This document shows, one piece after another, positions 19,640 through 29,309 of a stretch of DNA of 64,000 bases. The number at the start of each line of letters is the position of its first letter. Positions within the stretch are counted from its first letter, which is position 1. Under the pieces are notes generated by a model that was given only the letters and a program-made list of their open reading frames with translations, did no database searches and had not been told where the DNA came from. Source of the stretch: a bacterium (GTDB taxonomy: Bacteria > Patescibacteriota > Dojkabacteria > JAKAPS01 > JAJZLI01); the NCBI GenBank assembly GCA_021816845.1, contig JAKAWT010000001.1, positions 134,087 through 198,086 of the forward strand, read 5' to 3'. The translations under genes were made by a program, and so were the position numbers.

Positions 19640-19955
19640 AATTTAAAAATAAAAAATCAATAAAATTAGAAAATTTTTCATCTTTCATAGAATATAGTTT
19701 CTGCCTTGATACTCTTTTAAAATCCACCACATTATTATCTCTAAGCTTTGAAAGCATGTGTGAGACATTAGAAATGGAGCTTCCGACAATATTTGCAATA
19801 TCAGTAACATTCATCTCTGGATAATACCTTAATATGTAACAAATTTTTAAAGTTGTAATATCTCCAAAAACATTACATTCCTGAGAACAAGACAAGATTT
19901 TAGTATTATTACCTAGATTTCTTTTTAATTTTTTAATGTCGACACTTGAATACAT
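19620..19955 (-). CDS. ArsR/SmtB-family metalloregulatory transcriptional repressor.
   Basis: Winged-helix HTH VTDIANIVGSSISNVSHMLSKL. A Cys cluster LSCSQEC upstream of the HTH. The ORF-track start at 19961 is TTG. The first ATG is at 19955. Confidence 0.7.
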   Translation of the reverse strand: MYSSVDIKKLKRNLGNNTKILSCSQECNVFGDITTLKICYILRYYPEMNVTDIANIVGSSISNVSHMLSKLRDNNVVDFKRVSRQKLYSMKDEKFSNFIDFLFLNYEQEKY

Positions 19956-19961
19956 ATTCAA
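19946..19961. promoter_or_regulatory. Palindromic operator TTGAATACATATTCAA (core TGAA-N6-TTCA) centred on the start codon of the minus-strand ArsR gene.
   Basis: Perfect 7-2-7 inverted repeat. It matches the TGAA-N6-TTCA core of known ArsR/SmtB operators such as the CzrA/SmtB 12-2-12 sites. Confidence 0.55.
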
Positions 19962-19963
19962 AT

Positions 19964-19990
19964 ATTATACTTAAATATAAGATATGTCAA
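19964..19990 (-). promoter_or_regulatory. Sigma-70-type promoter for the minus-strand ArsR-Trx-CcdA-MerA operon: TTGACA-N15-TATAAT. It predicts a leaderless or near-leaderless transcript.
   Basis: The reverse complement reads TTGACA (19990-19985) and TATAAT (19969-19964). The -10 ends about 9 nt upstream of the ATG. Confidence 0.5.
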
Positions 19991-20037
19991 GCTCATACTT
20001 TATATCTGGACTAGAGCTTTTAAGATATATAAACGTA

Positions 20038-20064
20038 TTGACAATATTACATAAAAGATATAAT
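20038..20064 (+). promoter_or_regulatory. Sigma-70-type promoter for the plus-strand ArsR/CadC-like gene: TTGACA-N15-TATAAT.
   Basis: TTGACA at 20038-20043 and TATAAT at 20059-20064. It abuts the operator palindrome and lies about 10 nt upstream of the ATG. Confidence 0.5.
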
Positions 20065-20086
20065 ACATGAACATATGTTCATGTAT
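20063..20086. promoter_or_regulatory. Perfect 24-bp palindrome ATACATGAACATATGTTCATGTAT (core TGAA-N6-TTCA) overlapping the -10 element, the transcription start and the ATG of the plus-strand ArsR/CadC-like gene.
   Basis: The sequence is exactly self-complementary. Its core is identical in form to the ArsR/SmtB operator consensus. Confidence 0.6.
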
Positions 20087-20413
20087 AATAATTGTAGATG
20101 CTCTAAAGAGTCAAATTGTTGCAGATATACTGATAATCAAATGTCATATGTTGGAGAACAATTGAAATTAGTCAGTGTTAAAGCGAGACTTAATTTATTA
20201 TTTCTTCTTGAGAATAAAACTCACTGTGTTTCTGATTTGATGGAGCATACTAATCTCTCACAAAGCCTTATTTCTCACCATTTATCAGATTTAGAGAAAT
20301 CAGGATTTGTCAATTCTAAAAAAGATGGGAGATTTGTTGAATATTCATTGACGCAAAAAGGTGAAGAAATTATTAAAAACATATCAAATATAATAGACAA
20401 GGAGGTGATGTAA
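20075..20413 (+). CDS. ArsR/SmtB-family metalloregulator with a CadC-like N-terminal Cys cluster (CRCSKESNCC) and an alpha3 Cys (THCVSDL).
   Basis: HTH LSQSLISHHLSDLEKSGFV. Two thiolate clusters positioned as in CadC. The alternative start is the ATG at 20081. Confidence 0.7.
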   Translation: MFMYNNCRCSKESNCCRYTDNQMSYVGEQLKLVSVKARLNLLFLLENKTHCVSDLMEHTNLSQSLISHHLSDLEKSGFVNSKKDGRFVEYSLTQKGEEIIKNISNIIDKEVM

Positions 20414-20415
20414 TT

Positions 20416-20559
20416 ATGATGAATAAAAAACACTGTTGCGGTGGAGAAAACAAACATATGAATATAGATACAATGTCTAAAGAGAATCTTATTCAAAAAA
20501 AAGAAAGGCTTGAGGAAAGATTAGCAGAAATATCAGAAGCTATTTCAAAAGCTGAATAA
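20416..20559 (+). CDS. Small 47-aa protein with an HCCGG motif and a charged helical tail. It is a candidate metal-binding peptide co-transcribed with the ArsR/CadC-like regulator.
   Basis: Strong Shine-Dalgarno GGAGGTGA 7 nt upstream of the ATG. The ORF is immediately followed by a hairpin terminator. It is not in the ORF track because it falls below the length cutoff. Confidence 0.4.
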   Translation: MMNKKHCCGGENKHMNIDTMSKENLIQKKERLEERLAEISEAISKAE

Positions 20560-20576
20560 GCCATATTATATGGATA

Positions 20577-20601
20577 GCAGAAGAGCTCTTCTGCTATTTG
20601 T
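20577..20601 (+). terminator. Rho-independent terminator. The perfect palindrome AGCAGAAGAGCTCTTCTGCT is followed by ATTTG.
   Basis: An 8-bp GC-containing stem with a 4-nt loop and a weak T tract, directly after the small ORF. Confidence 0.45.
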
Positions 20602-20750
20602 AATAAACATTGAAAATATATAAAAACTCTAGGATATTTTACCAGAACAATATGGCTTTAGAATAATAAAAAACACTATAATATATTTTTGATTGACATT
20701 GTTATAGAAAAGACTATACTGTATTTAGTATATTTAATATTTATAATTAT

Positions 20751-21152
20751 ATGGATAATAACACTGATAATACAGAAAATTCTAAAATAGAAACTGAGAA
20801 ACCTGCTTATACTGAAAATAGTTATAAAACAAAAAAAGTTATTTTTAGAGCACATCAGCTAGTCTGGTATATTCTAGGAATAATTGAAGTATTATTAGCC
20901 TTTAGATTTATACTAAAACTCGCAGCTGCAAATCCTGGTAGCGGTTTTGTAAGTTTTATATACTCTACTAGTAATGTTTTCTCTCAACCATTCTCAAGTA
21001 TATTCCATGTAACAGTAACATATAACTCCGTATTCGAATGGTCAACTCTAGTTGCCATGTTTGTATACCTAGTAATTGCATACGGAATTGTTAAGCTTAT
21101 ACAGCTAGTAAATCCTGCAACCCCAGACAAAGTAAAAGAAACAATAGGTTAA
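20751..21152 (+). CDS. YggT-family membrane protein.
   Basis: RFILKLAAANP...Y core typical of YggT/Ycf19. Two TM helices. Confidence 0.55.
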   Translation: MDNNTDNTENSKIETEKPAYTENSYKTKKVIFRAHQLVWYILGIIEVLLAFRFILKLAAANPGSGFVSFIYSTSNVFSQPFSSIFHVTVTYNSVFEWSTLVAMFVYLVIAYGIVKLIQLVNPATPDKVKETIG

Positions 21153-21180
21153 ACTCATCTTCAAAGATTATTACTCCATA

Positions 21181-21220
21181 AAAAAATTAGGAGCAAATTA
21201 TCATATTGATAAGTTGCTCC
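21181..21220 (-). terminator. Rho-independent terminator for the minus-strand small membrane gene. The hairpin GGAGCAA...TTGCTCC is followed by a T run on the minus strand.
   Basis: A 7-bp stem (21190-21196 / 21214-21220), a 17-nt loop, and AAAAAA on the plus strand (TTTTTT on the minus strand) at 21181-21186. Confidence 0.45.
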
Positions 21221-21249
21221 CCTAAAAAGTCTTATAGATTAATTAACTT

Positions 21250-21477
21250 TTAGCTTTTAGCATCTGATCCTTTGAAGGGACCTCCAAATAATGGTGCTAA
21301 TACACAAACATTAAATATACCTGCTAAGAAAGGAATTAATCCTATAATTGCTACAACAATACCTTTTTTACCATGGATTGCTAAGAGCCCTACTAATATT
21401 AATACTAAACCCACAATAACCCTAAGCCATCTGCCTGTTGGAGTAGACATAAATTTTGCAAATTTCATATAAATCAC
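21250..21477 (-). CDS. Small inner-membrane protein (YgaP/DUF2892-like, 2 TM).
   Basis: 75 aa with two hydrophobic helices and a GxxxG-rich segment. Confidence 0.4.
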   Translation of the reverse strand: MIYMKFAKFMSTPTGRWLRVIVGLVLILVGLLAIHGKKGIVVAIIGLIPFLAGIFNVCVLAPLFGGPFKGSDAKS

Positions 21478-21565
21478 CTCCTTGAAGTTCAGTTATATTA
21501 TATCACAAATAAATATATTAAAATTTATAGTAAAATAATAAAGATAATTCAAATAATTTTATTTC

Positions 21566-22129
21566 ATGAAACAAAAGCTACAAAGGTGCCCATGGGTTAG
21601 TAACAACATTGAATATATAAAATACCATGATACAGAATGGGGTGTCCCTGAACATCAAGAAAAAAAATTATTTGAAATGTTAATTTTAGAATCTATGCAA
21701 GCTGGCCTTTCCTGGCTAATAATTCTTTTGAAAAGAAAAAACTACAGAAAATTATTGGACAATTTTGATTATAAAAAAATATCTTGCTACGATGAAAATA
21801 AAATCTCCAAATTACTTGAGAATAAAGGTATTATTAGGAATAAATTGAAAATTATTTCTATTGTAAATAATGCTAGAGCTTTTATTAATATCCAATCTAA
21901 ATATGGGAGTTTTAACAAATATATATGGGGGTTTGTAGACCATGATAATATTACCAACAAAAATAAAAAACTATTATCAGAAATCATTAGTAAAGAATTG
22001 AAAAAAGAAGGATTCAATTTTGTAGGACCCAAAATATGTTATTCTTTTATGGAATCTATTGGCATATTTAATAATCATAGTGAAGAATGTTTTAGGTACA
22101 AGGAGGTAGAGGAAATAAATGTTATATAG
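21566..22129 (+). CDS. tag: DNA-3-methyladenine glycosylase I.
   Basis: CPWVSNN..YHDTEWGVP..E.L.LE..QAGLSW, the Tag signature. Confidence 0.8.
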   Translation: MKQKLQRCPWVSNNIEYIKYHDTEWGVPEHQEKKLFEMLILESMQAGLSWLIILLKRKNYRKLLDNFDYKKISCYDENKISKLLENKGIIRNKLKIISIVNNARAFINIQSKYGSFNKYIWGFVDHDNITNKNKKLLSEIISKELKKEGFNFVGPKICYSFMESIGIFNNHSEECFRYKEVEEINVI

Positions 22130-22339
22130 ATAAAATAAGATTAAAAAAGACCCTGTAACTACATATAAATAATTGTTCTCTAGAATTGGTAGACTTGAAT
22201 CATTTATAGCTGTAGGTACTCAGTAAAATCCATGCACTCCAATGATACCTTGCCATAAGATAGTTAGAATTGATGGAAAAATATGAGAGATCTATCAAAT
22301 CCATAAAGAAAATCAATTTACTTAATAAACAAGAAGGTT

Positions 22340-22957
22340 TTATAATTTAGATATATCAATAAAGTCTTTACCGACATAAACTAACATTAAAGAGTCATTT
22401 TCTTTTACTAAAAGTGTGGATGACGCATTAGCCACTTTTGAAGTATATATTTCTTCCCTACTAGATTTCCTCATAAAACCGACTAAACATTTTATAGCCA
22501 TAGAATGAGAGAATATAAACACTCTATTAGTATCATTGATACTTGATATAAAATCATACATCCTTTCCCCTACTTCATGCATTGATTCTCCAAATGGTGC
22601 CTTAAAATATTTACCTCTAACTTCCATATCATGTAATACAGATTCTATATAAACCTCTTTTCTTGATCTTCCAGACCATTTCCCTTGATCCATTTCTTGG
22701 AGTCTAGGATCTTCAACCAAATCAATATTTGCTAATCCCATATTATCAACTGCTATACGAGCAGTTTGTATAGTCCTTAAAGCAGGTGATACATATACTA
22801 TATTTGGAATTATATTATTATCTGATAAATACCTTCCCAATTTTAAAGCTTGATCAATACCATCATCTGAAAGGCTTATCTCATTCATCCTCCCAGTAAT
22901 TAGTTCAGGATGTATATTCATTTCTGATTCTGCATGACGAAATAGGTATAATTCCAT
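22340..22957 (-). CDS. Histidine phosphatase superfamily protein (phosphoglycerate-mutase-like).
   Basis: N-terminal LYLFRHAESEMN (RHG motif) and a downstream His motif. Confidence 0.7.
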   Translation of the reverse strand: MELYLFRHAESEMNIHPELITGRMNEISLSDDGIDQALKLGRYLSDNNIIPNIVYVSPALRTIQTARIAVDNMGLANIDLVEDPRLQEMDQGKWSGRSRKEVYIESVLHDMEVRGKYFKAPFGESMHEVGERMYDFISSINDTNRVFIFSHSMAIKCLVGFMRKSSREEIYTSKVANASSTLLVKENDSLMLVYVGKDFIDISKL

Positions 22958-22963
22958 ATGTAA

Positions 22964-23509
22964 TTAATTGATATATTTGTCTTTAATTATAGAAGAATAT
23001 TCATTCAGTAATTTCATAATTTTAGGTTTAATTATATAACTACAATAAGAATTGTTTTTATTATTATCATAATAATTTATATGATAGTATTCGGCATTAA
23101 AGAAATTTATATATGGCTCAACGCTAGTAGCTATATCATTTTCATATAAACCTGATTTTCTAATTTCACTTATAGTTTCATTTGCAATATTTTTTTGTTC
23201 ATCATTAAAATAGAATATTACAGATCTATATTGTGTCCCTACATCATTTCCTTGCCTATTAACCTCTGTAGGATTATGGGTATGAAGAAATATTTGAATG
23301 AGAGTTTTAAGAGTAATAATATTCTTATCAAATTCCACCTTTATAACTTCAACATGATTTGTTTCACCTGAACAAACTTCTTCATATGAAGGATTTTCAG
23401 TTGTACCGCCAGCATAACCAAGTGTTACAGATAATACACCTTTGATCCTTTTAAATATTGCTTCTGTACACCAAAAACAACCTCCTCCAAAAATTATTTT
23501 TTCATTCAT
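22964..23509 (-). CDS. msrA: Peptide methionine sulfoxide reductase MsrA.
   Basis: The GGGCFWC active-site motif. Confidence 0.85.
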   Translation of the reverse strand: MNEKIIFGGGCFWCTEAIFKRIKGVLSVTLGYAGGTTENPSYEEVCSGETNHVEVIKVEFDKNIITLKTLIQIFLHTHNPTEVNRQGNDVGTQYRSVIFYFNDEQKNIANETISEIRKSGLYENDIATSVEPYINFFNAEYYHINYYDNNKNNSYCSYIIKPKIMKLLNEYSSIIKDKYIN

Positions 23510-23530
23510 ATAAACACATAAAAGTAAATC

Positions 23531-23893
23531 TTAACTTATAGGTACAAATTTGAGTGAAATTGAATTTACACAATGTCTTGTGTTAGTTTTAGTGAAACCT
23601 TCTCCTAAGAATACATGTCCTAGGTGTGCACCACAAGTACTACATATAATTTCAGTTCTGTGAAAATCTTTATCAGGTATTCTTTTGACCTTGCCTTTAA
23701 TTTCTTGATCAAAGCTAGGCCATCCACATCCTGCATCAAATTTGTTCTTAGAAATATATAAAGGTGTTTCACATTGTTTGCAAACATATTCACCTTCATT
23801 AAAAAAATTATCATATTGCCCAGTAAAAGGAGATTCTGTATTCTTATTCAATATAACAGACTCCTCTTCTTTTGTAAGATGGTTCAATTTCAT
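23531..23893 (-). CDS. msrB: Peptide methionine sulfoxide reductase MsrB.
   Basis: CxxC zinc motifs (CKQCETPL, CSTCGAHLGHVF) and the catalytic CGWPSF region. Confidence 0.85.
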   Translation of the reverse strand: MKLNHLTKEEESVILNKNTESPFTGQYDNFFNEGEYVCKQCETPLYISKNKFDAGCGWPSFDQEIKGKVKRIPDKDFHRTEIICSTCGAHLGHVFLGEGFTKTNTRHCVNSISLKFVPIS

Positions 23894-23974
23894 ATGTATT
23901 ATTATACATGATAATACATTGAGAATAAATTAAAGTTGTTTTGCATTTTATCAATTTTATGGTAATATTTGTGA

Positions 23975-26974
23975 TTGTTAGATAACCTAATTATTATGAT
24001 AGACAAACTGGTTTCATACTCATTAAAAAATAGAACTCTGATATTTGTAATATTAATTTTTTTAGTATTATTTGGGACATACTCATATGTGGTGGCCGAT
24101 AGGGAAGTGTTCCCTAATGTTAACCTATCAACTTTAATAATACAGTCAAATTATCCTGGCATAAATGCAAAAGAAGTTTATACAAATATTACAGAACCTA
24201 TCTATAATGCTATAAAGTCTATATCTGGGATAAAGGATATACAAGAAAATGCTAGTAACGGATATACCACCATTATTGTTACGTCCCATTATGGCGTAAA
24301 CCTTAATCAATTAGAACAAAGTATTAACCAAGATATCCAATCAGTACAATTACCTAGTCAAGCCAGCATTCCTAGTGTATCACAATTTAATTTTTCTGAT
24401 ATTCCTATATTAGAATTATCATTTTCCGGAAAAAATCGAGATAATTTTGTAAAAAATACTATTGTTCCATATATAAATACAGTTTCGGGAGTAAGTAGTG
24501 TTTCTTATTATGGGAATCAAACTCAAGAGTTTAAAATTAACCTAAACTATAACAAATTAACTGAGTATAATATCCCTGTATCGACAGTAGAGAGTATTAT
24601 TAAATCATATAATATAGACACTACAATCGGATCAGTTACATCTAGGAATACAACAGAACCAGTAACGATATATTCTAATGTAACAAATATTAATGCTCTC
24701 AATAATTCAATAATATCTTATCACAACGGACAGATTATTAGACTTAAAGATATTGCTACTTTAAGTATTGTGAATGTTTATAGTAATCAAATAGTTGAAA
24801 CAAATGGTAAAAAATCTGACCTAGTAGACATATTTGGACAACAGAATATCAATACCACAAAAGTAATCAGTACAATATTGAATAAGATAAAGCAAATGAA
24901 CATTAAGGGTATACAATACCAAATATTAAGTAATGATACCTCTACTATTAATTCCACTATTAATGGTATATCAAAGGAAACTTTACTAGGAATCATACTT
25001 GCTATATTTATAATATTCATATTTCTAAAAAGTGGAAATATTACTCTAATAGCATCATTGTCTATTCCAATATCAATATTCTTCACCTTAACTTTAATGA
25101 ATATTCAAAATATAACATTTAATATTATGTCACTTTCTGGATTATCAGTAGCACTTGGGAGAATTTTTGATGATAGTATAGTTGTCATTGAGACCATATT
25201 TAGGCATTTATCAGAGGATGCTATAAAGGATGAGAAGTTGCTGATTAAATCTGTGAAAGAGGTTGGAGGAGCAATAACATCATCTACTCTAACAACAATA
25301 GGAGTCTTTTTACCAATAGCATTTGTAGGAGGAATTACTTCATCATTTTTCGTACCATTTGCGTTCACAGCTTCATCTGCACTTATAGCATCACTTTTCA
25401 CTGCAATAATAATTATACCCATATTCAGCGCCATATTCTTATTACGTAAAAATGCTAAATTAAAGAAAAAAGAATTTTTTTTAACAAAATATTATGAGAG
25501 GTTAATAAATATTTCTTTAAACCATAAAATATTGACAATACTAATAACATTCATTGTAATAGTAGCATCACTATTTTTAATACCATTCATAAAGACTGGA
25601 TTTATCCCATCACCTACAAGTCCAAGTGCGATTGTCTCAGGCTCAATTAAAATTGGATCTTCAAAAACAGAGACATATAATACAGCATTAAAAATAGTAA
25701 ATTATATAAAAACAATAAACAATGTATCATTATATACTGTATCAATAGGATTATCAGACAATAGAGGTATCTCAATAAACACAACTCCACAGAACAATAA
25801 ATTTCAGATATTTATAAATTTTAAAAATAATAATAATATTAATAATGAGATCTATAATATAGAAAACTTCTCAAATAAAATCCAAGGATTGAAAAGTCAA
25901 GTAAACCTTTTATCTGCAGTTGGGAATCTAAACTCTGTGGCATTATCTATAAATTCAAATAACCAGAATAATTTGTATGAAGCTAATAACTATCTTCTTA
26001 GCAAATTAAAAAGTATAGGGGGCATAAGTAATATATCTTCAAACTTATCTTTGAATACATCTCAAAAACAAATAATACTAAATAACGATGTAATGTCTCA
26101 AAACCTTTTATCTTCCATACAAGTTCTATCTCAAATATCTCCATATTTCACACCATTAGAAATTAAAAACTACAACATAAATGGATCTTTATATGATACA
26201 TATATATATGTAAACAATCTACCTAATATATCAAATATATATATAACTAATTCTATTGGAGAGAAAATTCTTTTATCTAAAATTGCTGTAGTAAAAAATA
26301 GCAAATATAGTTCAAATATTACATATGAAAATGGTAAAAGAGCATCAGTTATTAATGCATTAATAACTGCAAAAAATACACAAAAAGTGAACTCTAGTAT
26401 AACAAGTTATATTAAAAAAACTCAAAATAAATATAACGTTACTATAACAAACCAGGGATCTTCATCTGAACAATCATCTTCTTTTAATTCTCTTTTTGAA
26501 GCTATGGGAATATCAGTATTTATAGTTCTTGTTATAATGATCATAACATTTTCATCTATCATAGAACCTATTGCAATTCTCTTCTCACTACCTGTAACAA
26601 TAATAGGAGTCCTAGTAGCCTTATTTATAACAGATTCAACACTAGACCTACCTTCTTTGATAGGTATGTTAATGCTTATTGGTATAGTGGTAACAAATGC
26701 CATAGTTCTCCTTACCAAAATTAAACAGAATATTGTAAGTGGTAGTGATATTAGACAAGCTATAATTGATGGAGGGAAAGTAAGATTAAGACCAATACTA
26801 ATGACTGCAATAACAACTATATTTGCTCTATTACCATTAGCATTATTTTCATCAACATCTACTCTGATAGGTAAATCCCTAGCCATAACAGTCATCGGAG
26901 GGCTATTTACCTCTACATTCTTAACTCTATTTATAGTCCCAGTTATTTATTCAATATTAAAAAGATCTAAATAA
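23975..26974 (+). CDS. RND-superfamily transporter (AcrB/MMPL-like, 12 TM) with a long Asn-rich low-complexity insert in an extracytoplasmic loop.
   Basis: 999 aa. Two TM bundles separated by large loops. N-terminal AcrB-like region. A conserved C-terminal TM bundle (LMLIGIVVTNAIVL..). Confidence 0.65.
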   Translation: MLDNLIIMIDKLVSYSLKNRTLIFVILIFLVLFGTYSYVVADREVFPNVNLSTLIIQSNYPGINAKEVYTNITEPIYNAIKSISGIKDIQENASNGYTTIIVTSHYGVNLNQLEQSINQDIQSVQLPSQASIPSVSQFNFSDIPILELSFSGKNRDNFVKNTIVPYINTVSGVSSVSYYGNQTQEFKINLNYNKLTEYNIPVSTVESIIKSYNIDTTIGSVTSRNTTEPVTIYSNVTNINALNNSIISYHNGQIIRLKDIATLSIVNVYSNQIVETNGKKSDLVDIFGQQNINTTKVISTILNKIKQMNIKGIQYQILSNDTSTINSTINGISKETLLGIILAIFIIFIFLKSGNITLIASLSIPISIFFTLTLMNIQNITFNIMSLSGLSVALGRIFDDSIVVIETIFRHLSEDAIKDEKLLIKSVKEVGGAITSSTLTTIGVFLPIAFVGGITSSFFVPFAFTASSALIASLFTAIIIIPIFSAIFLLRKNAKLKKKEFFLTKYYERLINISLNHKILTILITFIVIVASLFLIPFIKTGFIPSPTSPSAIVSGSIKIGSSKTETYNTALKIVNYIKTINNVSLYTVSIGLSDNRGISINTTPQNNKFQIFINFKNNNNINNEIYNIENFSNKIQGLKSQVNLLSAVGNLNSVALSINSNNQNNLYEANNYLLSKLKSIGGISNISSNLSLNTSQKQIILNNDVMSQNLLSSIQVLSQISPYFTPLEIKNYNINGSLYDTYIYVNNLPNISNIYITNSIGEKILLSKIAVVKNSKYSSNITYENGKRASVINALITAKNTQKVNSSITSYIKKTQNKYNVTITNQGSSSEQSSSFNSLFEAMGISVFIVLVIMIITFSSIIEPIAILFSLPVTIIGVLVALFITDSTLDLPSLIGMLMLIGIVVTNAIVLLTKIKQNIVSGSDIRQAIIDGGKVRLRPILMTAITTIFALLPLALFSSTSTLIGKSLAITVIGGLFTSTFLTLFIVPVIYSILKRSK

Positions 26975-26996
26975 CTATTTTATTAATTAGAAATAA

Positions 26997-28316
<1,320 letters not shown>

Positions 28317-28323
28317 TTTAAAT

Positions 28324-28770
28324 ATGGAGAATTCATTAGACTTTTATGAAAATGAAGCTCCCCCTTCACAATCAACCCTCCATCAATTATATGAGTCAAT
28401 AGATAGTATCACTACTAACGAGACAACATTTGATGGGATACATCATTATTTACAAGAGGGGGTTAAAGGTAAGTTAATTATAACAAAGGGTAATATAATA
28501 CATATATCTCAAAGAATAAATAATGATCAAGAAGTACCTTTAATATCTATATTAATAGTACAGAACAATAAAGTGATTTGTGAGTATCAGCTAGATAAAA
28601 AAGACGATGTACTATATATTGAAAGATATTCCACACTATATCCACTTAGAAATAATGGATTAATCTCTGACCCTTTAAAACTAGAAAGATATTTAGGACT
28701 TACAAAAACGACAGAACCAGAGATAAGACAACTTATAGCTATTATTAAGGAAGATAGAAATTCAGAATAG
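28324..28770 (+). CDS. Hypothetical protein.
   Basis: Intact ORF of 148 aa with normal composition. No recognisable motifs. Confidence 0.4.
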   Translation: MENSLDFYENEAPPSQSTLHQLYESIDSITTNETTFDGIHHYLQEGVKGKLIITKGNIIHISQRINNDQEVPLISILIVQNNKVICEYQLDKKDDVLYIERYSTLYPLRNNGLISDPLKLERYLGLTKTTEPEIRQLIAIIKEDRNSE

Positions 28771-28782
28771 TGTCAACAATAC

Positions 28783-29079
28783 TTAATAAGAGTAACCATT
28801 TGAAGAGGATGATGATTTAGGTGCTGAGGGGACAGATGCGGTAGGAGAATAAGAGCTACTCCCACTCTTAGTATTTATAGAACTGCTACCAGAAGAATAT
28901 CCTGTTGTAGGAGCTTTGCCTCCTGTGGAAGGAGCTACTGATCCAGTCCAAACTTCTGATCCACTAACATGTAGATTAGGATATACTAAATACCATGAAA
29001 ACCAACCTATAACTCCCCCTACAATCAGAGAAACTACAATCAGAAACGTTTTTGATGATATAATTTTACTCATTCCCAT
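28783..29079 (-). CDS. Small membrane-anchored Ser/Gly-rich protein.
   Basis: N-terminal TM followed by an S/G/T-rich tail. Confidence 0.35.
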   Translation of the reverse strand: MGMSKIISSKTFLIVVSLIVGGVIGWFSWYLVYPNLHVSGSEVWTGSVAPSTGGKAPTTGYSSGSSSINTKSGSSSYSPTASVPSAPKSSSSSNGYSY

Positions 29080-29309
29080 AAATCTATATTAACATTATAT
29101 GTTCTTTTTTGAAAGTAACAATTTATTATTAAAATCTCATTAATAACATCAGAATTATACATACAAGTAGAATTATGGTACAATAGGTTATATTGACTAA
29201 TAGTAGATATTTAAGGTCAGACATTAGATTAAGATCATTCGATCAAAATTCTTGAAATCCTACCCCAAAAATTCTATTCTTTCTCATAGATAATTTATAT
29301 TTTAAAATT

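Noticed and set aside
22190-22260. tRNA-like D-arm sequence (TCTAGAATTGGTAGA) in the 210-bp gap between tag and the histidine phosphatase gene.
   Set aside because: I could not fold a complete cloverleaf. There is no T-loop GTTCRANYC and no consistent acceptor or anticodon stems. It is probably a chance resemblance, and tRNAscan or Infernal could confirm that.
24787-25434. Two minus-strand ORFs of 99 aa and 109 aa inside the RND transporter gene.
   Set aside because: They are antisense to a continuous 999-aa transporter ORF with conserved TM bundles.
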